From the NCBI RefSeq assembly GCF_001194135.2, contig NC_068997.1:38115875-38148779 (forward strand): a stretch of DNA of 32,905 nucleotides, read 5' to 3'. Positions 1 to 8,948 of this stretch are shown in pieces (position 1 is the first letter of the stretch; each line of letters begins with the position of its first letter). The notes under the pieces were generated by a model. That model saw only the letters and a program-made list of their open reading frames with translations. It had not been told where the DNA came from and made no database searches. The DNA comes from Octopus bimaculoides (taxonomy: Eukaryota). A program made the position numbers and the translations under genes.

Positions 1-153
1 AGAGAGAGAGAGAGAGAGAGCGAGAGAGACAGAGAGAGAGACAGAGCGAGAGAGAGAGTGAGATAGATAGATAGATACATACATACATACATACATACAT
101 ACATACACATTTATATATATGGATGTATGTGTGTACACATACATATATACATA
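1..153. repeat. Compound microsatellite (AG)n/(GATA)n/(CATA)n/(TA)n
   Basis: Directly visible simple repeats. Confidence 0.95.
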
Positions 154-154
154 T

Positions 155-556
155 GGGGTTCGCTCATCATTTTTCGATCATTTGTTTGTATTTAAAAATT
201 CTCGCTTCAAATCGGAGAATAAATATTATGATATATTTTTATATAGTTATTATTATACTATGAGTCTTCCATAGTAGGTTTCTCTCCATAACTTACAAAG
301 CCTTTCGGGCTTGTTTATAAATATTATATGTAGTATTAGACAGTTTAAGTATATATTAACTAAATTTGACTGAAATCGATGGGTGAGTGTTTGGCCAATC
401 GGATGCACAAGGAGCTATGGAATCGTTGATTTTTGGGTTCGATTCTGCCTGGGGGTTAGCTCATCATAGTTTGATCATTTGTTTGTATTTAAAAATTCTC
501 GCTTCAAATCGAAGAATAAATATTATTATACAGTTATTATACTACGAGTCTTCCAT
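155..556 (+). repeat. Tandem duplication with ~297-bp period; second copy runs into an N gap
   Basis: GGGGTT(C/A)GCTCATCAT...GATCATTTGTTTGTATTTAAAAATTCTCGCTTCAAATCG...GAGTCTTCCAT occurs from 155 and again from 452. Confidence 0.9.
385..457 (+). pseudogene. Degenerate tRNA-like (Arg-like) sequence within the tandem unit
   Basis: A-box-like TGGCCAATCGG (392-402) and B-box GGTTCGATTC (436-445). The 3' end GATTTTTGGGTTCGATTCTGCCTGGGGGT resembles eukaryotic tRNA-Arg 3' halves. No intact cloverleaf. Confidence 0.45.
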
Positions 557-603
557 NNNNNNNNNNTGTGAGTTAGTTCTTTTCTAATTTTGAATCTATA
601 GCT

Positions 604-672
<69 letters not shown>
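604..672. repeat. (TA)n(TG)n microsatellite
   Basis: Directly visible. Confidence 0.95.
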
Positions 673-674
<2 letters not shown>

Positions 675-1377
675 CTGTGTGTATGGTGAATTTTTGGAGG
701 CGTGCTTAGAGGAAGAAAAAGGAAAATCAGACAGAAACAAAGAAAGGAAGAGAAAAGAATGAATCTAAGAAAGAAAGAATGGAAGAAAGGCATAGAGAAG
801 GGGATCCTTTTCCAAGATGGTTGAATTTGTATTTTATTCGTATTATCAATTGTCAAGTTTCCCAGCCGTAAGAAATGATCTTTTTCTGGGATGGATGAAG
901 TGATGAAGTTGTTGACATTTCAAGATCTCACTCTTGCTTAAGTTATTATGTTTCTATCGTCATATTATTATCCAGCTATATGTATGTATGTCTGTATGTC
1001 ATTATTCAGTTTATTTTGAAATTTCTTGTCAATAGAGAAAGAATCTAACCTAGATACAAGGCTCCTTCATTAGAATTTCAACATCAGCAACAGGGTATTT
1101 TTGTATGTATGTATGTATGTATGTATGTATGTATGTATGTATGTATGAGCAGATTTGTATGTTTTATGTATGTATTCTCATGCATATAGTTGCATATCTA
1201 GACATGCGCATATATATTCAAAAGATAAACTTCTGGAAAGTTTTATAGATTTATACAGTTCCAGTGATGGATTGGATCTATAGTCTTCGAATTAGATCTG
1301 TCCTTTCTGGTTTTCATATTTCCTGTTCCTGGATTGCAAATGCGTACCCTTCAAAGTGGGTGATAGTAAACCGGCTA

Positions 1378-1535
1378 TTTTAATGCAGAGAGTTCTGAGG
1401 TCTAAATTTTCTTTATTCGACTGTAATATTCTTTAGTGACACGTGCCATTGTAAGATATATTTTCATCCGCCCCAAAATACCTGAAACATTCCTCGTAAG
1501 ATACTAGGGAAACAGTCAAATCATTGACAGAGATA
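1378..1535 (-). mobile_element. Decayed non-LTR retrotransposon RT fragment (R4/Dong-like), downstream part
   Basis: Minus-strand translation ISVNDLTVSLVSYEECFRYFGADENISYNG, then after a frameshift RVTKEYYSRIKKI*TSELSALK. This resembles the post-RT Y.YLG.DE / R.KIW.SELS region. It continues in frame from 2494-2652 once the intervening insertion is removed. Confidence 0.8.
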
Positions 1536-1700
1536 TTAATTTATTTACATTATTTACAATTGACGGATATTTGTCCTCATCTTGTTTGCTGTTAACACAA
1601 CGTTTCGGCTGATATACCCTCCAGCCTTCATCAGTCTTGGGGAAATTTCGAACCTGAGTTCTCATTCCTAAGGTATTTCTCGATGTTATTATTATTATTA
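1536..1700 (-). mobile_element. Hammerhead-containing repeat unit (PLE pLTR-like), copy 1, with (AAT)n spacer
   Basis: Inverted homologue of 2288-2493. Minus strand reads CTGATGA-A-GGCTG(GAGGGTATAT)CAGCC-GAAAC-GT-T-GTGTT at 1594-1634. Confidence 0.85.
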
Positions 1701-1702
1701 TT

Positions 1703-2168
1703 GGGTGAAAGAGCCGGGCATGCCATCAAAGTGGTACTGAGGTAAAATATACGAAGCCCATTATACATATCACGACTACCCGTCTGATAAGGGTACACCA
1801 GGCACATGCATCACAACCATATGTGCGTGACATGGTGATCTCATATCAAGATAAACAGTGCATGATCTCGCAGGTGTGACCCAGTTAGAATTTTCTTCGA
1901 TCCGAGTAGCCATCCCGCTCAAAAGGTCCCTGAATAAGGTTTGTTTAAGGATGTTGAGCAAAACACCGATGTTTCCAAAGGTGAATTATTCAAACCCCCA
2001 AAGAATTCCTCTCAGCACATGGCTATGATGCTCCCCGACTACTTCTGCTCATGATCAGAGATGCACATACCGTCAGCCACCAAGGGACATGCTCAACTGG
2101 TTAAGGTCAAACAACTGACAAACAAATCTGTGGTATTGTGCAGAATATTTGCTGTAGCCCATCTTTTA
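1703..2168 (-). mobile_element. Non-coding retroposon with (AAT)n 3' tail, copy 1 (5'-truncated), nested in the (AAT)n spacer
   Basis: Colinear similarity to 8443-8870 (e.g. CATCCC(G/A)CTCAAAAGGTCCCTGAATAA; CAACTGGTTAAGGTCAA; AAATCTGTGGTATTG). A simple-repeat tail lies at the same end in both copies. Confidence 0.85.
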
Positions 2169-2214
2169 TTATTAGTATTATGATTAGTATTATTATTATT
2201 ATTATTATTATTCA

Positions 2215-2287
2215 GGTCACTACCTGGAATCGAACTCGGAATCTTCGGGTTAGTAGCCTGCGCTCTTAACCACTACGCCATATGCCC
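2215..2287 (-). ncRNA. tRNA-derived SINE-type head (Pol III A/B boxes), not a functional tRNA
   Basis: 73 nt: GGGCATATGGCGTAGTGGTTAAGAGCGCAGGCTACTAACCCGAAGATTCCGAGTTCGATTCCAGGTAGTGACC. A box TGGCGTAGTGG, B box GAGTTCGATTC. The acceptor, anticodon and T stems are mismatched. Confidence 0.85.
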
Positions 2288-2329
<42 letters not shown>

Positions 2330-2493
2330 TCGAAAAATACCTTAGGAATGAGAATCCAGGTTCGAAATTTCCCCAAGACACCTGATGAAGGATGGAGCCG
2401 AAACGTTGTGTTAACAACAAACAAGATGACAAATATCCGTCAATTGTAAATAATGTAAATAATGTACATAATTCCTTATCTCTTAAATATAGA
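2288..2493 (+). mobile_element. Hammerhead-containing repeat unit, copy 2, preceded by (AAT)n
   Basis: GACAC-CTGATGA-A-GG(ATGGAG)CC-GAAAC-GT-T-GTGTT at 2377-2412; inverted homologue of 1536-1685. Confidence 0.85.
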
Positions 2494-2652
2494 ACAGAGA
2501 TACTACTAGTCTGGCTTATAGTTTTCCCCCTTTTCATAACCGTGTAACATTTATCCTGACCAAACTCTAACATTACATCCTTTGAGAATGTTGTAACTAG
2601 GTCAAGGCTCTTTTTCATCTCATGCATATTCTCAGCATGAAGTTTCATGTAT
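2494..2652 (-). mobile_element. Decayed non-LTR retrotransposon RT fragment (R4/Dong-like), upstream part
   Basis: Within ORF 2250..2936: MKLHAENMHEMKKSLDLVTTFSKDVMLEFGQDKCYTVMKRGK, matching RT subdomains after the (F/Y)xDD motif (DDLKLYA...FS.DI.M.FG.DKC). Confidence 0.8.
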
Positions 2653-2690
2653 GCATGTATGAATGCATGTAATATGTATGTATGTATGTA

Positions 2691-2742
<52 letters not shown>

Positions 2743-2794
2743 NNNNNNNNNNNNNNNNNNNNNNNNNNNNNNNNNNNNNNNNNNNNNNNNNNNN

Positions 2795-2859
<65 letters not shown>

Positions 2860-2900
2860 AAATGCACATATACATATATACATATATACACAGACACACA
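2653..2900. repeat. (TATG)n/(TA)n/[gap]/(GA)n microsatellite cluster
   Basis: Directly visible; explains the IYIY/RERE/SLSL ORFs. Confidence 0.95.
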
Positions 2901-4084
2901 CACGTATACAATCTTTCCATTACTGTTTGTAGTCACTAGACTGCACTCATGCTCACCTCTGACCGCAAGAGTTATTATTCGATCGTATCAAAATTTCCTT
3001 AAGGGTACCACTTATTGTACTTATCGAATTTCTTATGTTCAGGTTGTGAATCACTGAGCTTCTTTACAATTCACAAACACACATACATAAAACCTCACAT
3101 ACTTGAGACAGGCGCATACACTAACGCACACGTTTAATGTTTTGTTTGTATTGTATATATGCTTCTTGAATGACTAACATTCAAGTAATTCTAACATATT
3201 GTAAAATGAGTAATTTATATTCCGATTCCTGTTTTAAAATTTTTTATTCCTAGATTTTGTAAAGATTATCATACAAATTATATTGTTGTATGAATGAAGA
3301 ATGAATATAATTTTAACACGTGCCACTTATAAATTCTGAGCCAAAACTTCATGCTTATTACTCGCTTATTTTCTATTACCAAGAAAATATAAACATTCAT
3401 AAAAGATGCATTTATAATCAGCAAAGTATAATTTATGTACATAGTTGGAATAAGCAAGATTCATTTGTTGTCAATGTTTAATTTTCACAGCTTGGAAACA
3501 ACAGTAAAATAATTCTCCGGTTATGTGGAAGGAAAGTCAGTTATATAACGTGGATGTATTATTAGAACGTCGAATACTACAGTATTCATCTTGAGAGATA
3601 CTCTCATATAGGCGTACGGTACTAAAAGCACAAGCGTATATCGATAGCAGACGAGAACCGTCTGGCGTGGGCACCGGTAACTGCCAGATCATGTGATTTC
3701 AGTGTACTCACTGCATACCAACCAAATCTCATTGCAAAAAAGAAATTTATAGAATAACACTCATTGATGCTTCAAATAGCAAGTAGGCTTATTATAAATA
3801 AATATTAACACCGAATACTGCGATAAATATTGCCATTCGATATTAATAGTTTCCGTAACTAAAATTTCTCTATTGATATAACGGAACTGTTTTATTTCAC
3901 AGCAAAGCATTACATATTTTAAACATACAGGTATTCATATTTATGCCGGTTTCAGCCTCATTTCCGTATACAAGTAATATACCTGTGTGCATGTGTGCGC
4001 GTGTGTGTCTGTTTCAAGCTCCCGCAGTTTCTGTCTACCTACATTCTCTAGCATGTTGTTCACAGCTAAATGTGATAATAACTT

Positions 4085-4205
4085 CAAATATTGGTACAAG
4101 TTTGTAGCTCTTTTGAGGCGGGTGGGGAAGAAATAGTCAGCTGAAACACATAATACACATATGTCCTATATTATCGACCCGGAGGAAAGGCAGACAGAAA
4201 TTCAA
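4085..4205 (-). mobile_element. Degraded fragment of SINE family B
   Basis: CAAATATTGGTACAAG and TATCGACCC...GGAAAGGCA resemble the reverse complement of 6892-7088 and the plus-strand text of 16813-17022. Confidence 0.5.
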
Positions 4206-5292
4206 CACAGACCTAGTATGCTAAATAGCAGATTACAGAGTCTGAAAGCTGTTAACATTTGAGTTCCAGTCTCGATTGCTTCTACCGTTTGATTGTTTTA
4301 ATAAAAGATAGTTTCAAATGCAAGGTGTACCTTTTTAAATAAATGTACAATTTCAACCTGAAAGAAAAGCAGTGTTTACGCAACAGGTTTTATCTCTCTC
4401 TGAGCAGAAAAAGTAGGATAAATTCTTCTCAGACCTTCGTCAAAGGAAAACTGACAACCTTCTTTCGACAGAGTGATCAATAAGTTATAGCTACCTATAA
4501 TGTTTAGAAACTGGCACCCAACGAAACTAGCATTTTAAAGTTTCAGAATATATTGAATGCGCTGACATATTAGATAACTTAATTCATTATAATATACTAC
4601 ACAGTATATCTAAACAACTACGAATGGTAGAAAGTAAAGGTTACACCATTGGTTTTTACCTTTCCATGAATAGAAAAAGGCTGGATCGATATAATTGTTT
4701 TCTAGTCTCTTTGCACCAGTGTATGAACCCTCATAGCAACTCGATGTATAAAATACTATATTTTTATAGTTAAATAGCATTAGAAATTCTATTTAAAATA
4801 TTGTAAAAATATTTTGTGTATTGTAGAAGTATAACTAATTTATTGCAGACAAATTTTAGCAACAAAATATTATATGGGATCTCAAGGATCATATGGACCC
4901 CAAGGTTCATATGGAGCCCGGTTTACGCAACAATTAAAGTCTTAGAAAATTACCAAATTTAAATCTCAAGACCCATCTATTTCAAATAATTGAATTTGAT
5001 AAGTTAGCAGAGAAAGTTTAAATAAATGACTGAAAATGTCGCTTTATAGATACATTTTTTCAAAATTCAAATTTCGCTTCTCACACATCCACTTACAGTG
5101 TTTGACTTATATTCAATGTGAAAAGTACAATGAAGCAGAGAAGTGAGGGGTAAGAGGTTTTTTTTTTCTTCTTTTAATGTGAGTTACATATGTTTCAGAA
5201 TATAGAATAAGAGAAAATGACAAAATTAAGAAAAAGAAAATAACATTTTGTGGTTGTTGCTGTACCAAAGGCATAATGACTGTGTGTGTGTG

Positions 5293-5375
5293 TGAGGGAG
5301 AGGGAGAGAGAGGAGAGGGAGAGGGAGAGAGAGGAGAGGGAGAGGGAGAGAGAGGAGAGGGAGAGGGAGAGAGAG
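5293..5375. repeat. Purine-only minisatellite (~21-bp GA-rich unit, ~4 copies)
   Basis: GAGGGAGAGGGAGAGAGAGGA repeated. Confidence 0.9.
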
Positions 5376-5439
5376 GTGGTTAGAGACAACAATGGGGAAA
5401 TTCAAGCAGCTGTTTCCGAAAGTCTGTTTTCCCAGTTTC

Positions 5440-5850
5440 CAGTAAGAGTAGGTAGGATACAATGAGTAATATTGTTTATAAAGTTCCCTATAAATATAAT
5501 AGAATATTTTCCCGTAAGACAGTTAGAATCTCGTATTCTACCATCCCCGATATAGGTACCACCATAGCCAGGTTAAATAGAAAGAACATAAAATCATCAA
5601 GAGGAGTTAATAATAATAATATTGGTATTGTCAACACTAGTTTAAACCCTTACAATGAGAATAAAATTAATGGAGATGTAGGAATTAGAAACAATAGTAC
5701 TAAAACATTTAATATGTACAGTATAGACTGTGACTCCGAAGTATATACTAGCACAGGGATTACGGACACAATGCCGGTTGATGCTGAGGTGAATTTGAAT
5801 GATAGTGTAAAACAATAACAGTAATAATAATAATAATAATAACACTGATT

Positions 5851-5902
<52 letters not shown>

Positions 5903-6360
5903 CAGCAGCAATAACAATAATAATAATGATAATAATAATAATAACAATGATAGGAATATCAACAATATTAATAGTAGTAATGCTCCCGGTTGCAATTGTA
6001 GAATTAATTCCCTCTCTCCGTTATTAGGTCGATATTTAATCCAAAACGTAATTTATAAAAGTACAATCGTTACTGAGGCTCGTAACTTTATATATATATA
6101 TATATAGGATGTTCGATAAATAAGAAAAAACGTATCGATAACGATTCTTCATCTTTTAGACTCAAACATAAAGCCAACGGTACGTCCTTATCTAGCAAGA
6201 TTTGGGAACTGAAAGAAAGCGAGATCGGATTTAGCCTTAAATGGGAGATAATATGGAGAGCGTAGCCTTATAGAGATAGTGTGAACTGTGCTCTAGGGAA
6301 ATGTATGAGATTTTTTAATATAGGGACAAGAGCAAACTGATTAATAATAGATTAGACCTA
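5440..6360 (+). mobile_element. Penelope-like element remnant: linker plus GIY-YIG endonuclease, disrupted
   Basis: ORF 5462..5818 has YNRIFSRKTVRISYSTIPDIGTTIARLNRK (PLE IFN..TV..SYS.M.N motif). After the microsatellite it reads GCNCRINSLSPLLGRYLIQNVIYKS...NFIYI|GCSINKKKRIDNDSSSFRLKHKANGTSLSSKIWELKE...FSLKWEI...CELC. Confidence 0.85.
5812..5982. repeat. (AAT)n/(TAG)n/(CAG)n trinucleotide block inside the PLE linker
   Basis: Directly visible; explains the poly-Leu ORF 5642..5995. Confidence 0.95.
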
Positions 6361-6695
6361 ATCGCAGTTTCGATTCCTAGACCGGGCGTTGTGAGTGTTT
6401 ATTGAGCGAAAATACCTAAAGCTCCACGAGGCTCCGGCGGGGGATGGTGGCGAACCCTGCTGTACTCTTCCACCACAACTTTCTCTCACTCTTACTTCCT
6501 GTTTCTGTTGTGCCTGTAATTCAAAGGGCCAGCCTTGTCACACTCTGTGTCACGCTGAATATCCCCCCGAGAACTACGTTAAGTGTACACGTGTCTGTGG
6601 AGTGCTCAGCCACTTGCACGTTAATTTCACGAGCAGGCTGTTCCGTTGATCAACTGGAACCCTCGACGTCGTAAGCGACGGAGTGCCAACAACAA
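6361..6695 (+). mobile_element. 5'-truncated tRNA-derived SINE (family C) with (CAA)n tail
   Basis: Starts with a B-box-like GTTTCGATTCC, has a GC-rich CpG-retaining body and ends GGAGTGCCA-ACAACAACA. It abuts the PLE 3' end. Single copy in the window. Confidence 0.65.
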
Positions 6696-6891
6696 CATGA
6701 TTACAGTAAATGTAACTCGTGCATTGACACTCGTAAATAAATAAATCTCTGACTGTCATAATACTTTTTAAATTGAGTCTTGCGGGCTTAAACAAACTCA
6801 CTGCATTTTAAAAATGACTTGCAACAAAGTTCTAATCTAACATAAGATATCATAACATAGTTCCTTATACTTAAATATAAAAGCCGCTATT

Positions 6892-7088
6892 AAGGCGGTG
6901 AACTGGCGGAATCGTGAGTACTCCAGGCAAAATGCTTAGCAACATTTCGTCTGAGTTCAAATTCCGTCGAGGTCAACTTTGCTTTTCATCTTACCGGATC
7001 GACAAAATAAGTACCAGTTGAGCATTAGGGTCGGTGTAATTGACTTATCTCCGAACTTTCTGACCTTGTGCCAAAATTTGGAACCAGT
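6892..7088 (+). mobile_element. tRNA-derived SINE family B
   Basis: Homologous to 25928-26157 and the reverse complement of 16813-17022 (AAGGCGG..CTGGC.GAA; GAGTTCAAATTCCG; AAGTACCAGTT). Confidence 0.85.
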
Positions 7089-7277
7089 ATAAAATTGACT
7101 ATTATAAATATGGCAGCTATTCGACCTGGTTTTTTTTTTAAGTAGGATTTCATTGCAATGCGCTGTTAAAATGTTCTATTTTCATTAATTCAATAGACAG
7201 TATGACTTACAAAAATTTTTTTCTTTAAATTGACATGAAATATGCTTTGGAGATAGCAAGTGAGAACATTGACTTAC

Positions 7278-7339
7278 TGCGTTACGGAATGACCGTTCGC
7301 CAAAGGATTGGCCAGATCGAAAACTTTTTTGAAGGACGT
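7278..7339 (-). CDS. Candidate internal coding exon of a host gene, possibly a cyclic-nucleotide-binding domain
   Basis: Strong acceptor (ATTGTTTCTTTTCACAG|) and donor (|GTAAGT). The 62-nt exon reads (D)VLQKSFRSGQSFGERSFRNA, with a GxxFGE motif like the cNMP phosphate-binding cassette. No transcript evidence. Confidence 0.4.
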
Positions 7340-7590
7340 CTGTGAAAAGAAACAATATTGTTACTAGAGAAGAAATTATTCTGACAAAAGGAAATTCGGG
7401 AGCAGTTTCTAAAATATATGCAAGTTTGCAACAATTAATTGAAAAAAACAATTTAGTGGAATTGCTAAATGTATTACGTTTGAATACCATCTAGTTCAGT
7501 ATACATCATAGATTTTTTTCAACTTCCACAATTCATGATTGTTAACATGTGTAATTTGGTTGCCTATAACTTCATTATTTTTTCTTTTCA

Positions 7591-7742
7591 GGCACAAGTG
7601 TGGCTATGGTGGTAAGAAGTTTGCTTCCCAGGTATATGATTCCGGGTCCAGTTCTACTGCGTAGCACCTTGGGCAAGTGTCTTCTATTATAGCCTCAGAC
7701 TGAGTGGGTTTGGTAGATGGAAACTAAAGAAGCACGCCGTAC

Positions 7743-7783
<41 letters not shown>

Positions 7784-7992
7784 TACATACATACATACAT
7801 ACATACATACAGATATACATATATTAGTGTGTGCCTTTGTGTATGTGTTTGTCTTCTCTATCGCTTGGCACCTGGCGTAGGTGTTTGCGTCCCTGTAATT
7901 TAACGGCTCGGCAAAAGAAGCCTATAGAATTAGTATCAGGTTTTACAAAAATGAATGAATTAAGTAGCAAGTAATGGGGTCGATTCATTCGG
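7591..7992 (+). mobile_element. tRNA-derived SINE family A with internal microsatellite
   Basis: Homologous to 10281-10696 (CACCTTGGGCAAGTGTCTTCTA; TTTGGTAGA.GGAAACT; internal (CA)/(CATA)n; CGGCAAAAG). Confidence 0.85.
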
Positions 7993-8415
7993 TAAGAAGC
8001 AAAAGTTACGTTAAAATATGTCTATTCAAAAATCGGTGAGTATTGCACAGATGTGAATCTTAAGCAGTACAGTCTCTTTGTTCCTTTATAATTCTTGTTC
8101 CAATAAGAGGAATGAAATTCCGTAAACCTTCTCAAACTGATTTGAAATATAAATCAAATGGGAAAGAGACTAGCACTTGGTATAATATAATGCTTAAATC
8201 AAACTATCGTTATTATTTTTGAAAAATAAATTAGTACGAACAAGATTTCTTAAAACATCTAAACGAGAGGTGATTAATACTGAAATCTGCATCGATATCG
8301 GGACGATAGAGAAAATTTATGGAGAGAAAGGTATTCAATATGAGAGTAATCAATGAAACACCAGACTCTAGCAATACCTAATAATATCTATATATNNNNN
8401 NNNNNTATATGTATA

Positions 8416-8948
8416 ATTATTATTATCATCATCATCATCATTGGGTGAGAGAGCAATGCATGCCATCAAAGTGACACTGGGGTACAACTATAGGGAGCCT
8501 AGTATAGCCATCATGACTACCCGTCTGAAAAAGGTACATATGTGCATGACACGGTGATCTTATATCAAGATAAACAGCACATGACCTTACAGGTTGGGCC
8601 CAGTTGGAATTTTCTTGAAAACGAGTAGCCCATCCCACTCAAAAGGTCCCTGAATAAAGTTTATATAAGGCTGATGTTTCCAGAGGTGAATTATTCAAAC
8701 TCCAAAGAATTCCTCCCAACACATTGCTATGATGTTCCCCCATTACTCCTGCCCATAACAAGAGATGCAGATATTATCAGCCACTAAGGGAGCTGTTCAA
8801 CTGGTTAAGGTCAAGCAACTGACAAGCAAATCTGTGGTATTGCGCAGAATATTTGCTGTAGTTCAGCTTTTATAACAACACAAAGCAATGTACATGATAA
8901 CACTTCCAGTCAGTTAAGATCAGAAGCCATGAGAGCCACTGCCTGGTA
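8416..8948 (-). mobile_element. Non-coding retroposon with (ATG/ATA)n tail, copy 2
   Basis: Colinear with 1703-2168 and extends ~80 bp further 5'. Confidence 0.85.

Noticed and set aside
2215-2287. Functional tRNA gene (apparent ACT anticodon)
   Set aside because: The acceptor, anticodon and T stems have multiple mismatches; it behaves as a SINE head.
2250-3057. Overlapping ORFs with IYIY/RERE/SLSL runs
   Set aside because: Translations of microsatellites and N gaps; only the MKLHAEN...RGK part is meaningful (LINE RT remnant).
3480-3720. CpG-richer island with ~50-codon open frames on the minus strand
   Set aside because: No recognisable motif, no consistent splice-site pair, and several frames equally open.
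4331-4357. 27-nt minus-strand micro-exon candidate (VEIVHLFKK) with good AG/GT sites
   Set aside because: Too short to distinguish from chance splice-like sites in AT-rich DNA.
4874-4945. Collagen-like micro-ORF MGSQGSYGPQGSYGAR
   Set aside because: The Gly-X-Y pattern arises from an 18-bp DNA repeat (TATGGA..CCAAGG.TCA); only five triplets, no signal peptide or splice context.
7235-7492. Plus-strand protein-like reading with one frameshift (MKYALEIAS...KGNSGAVSKIYASL)
   Set aside because: No diagnostic motif; largely the antisense of the minus-strand ORF that contains the better-supported exon.
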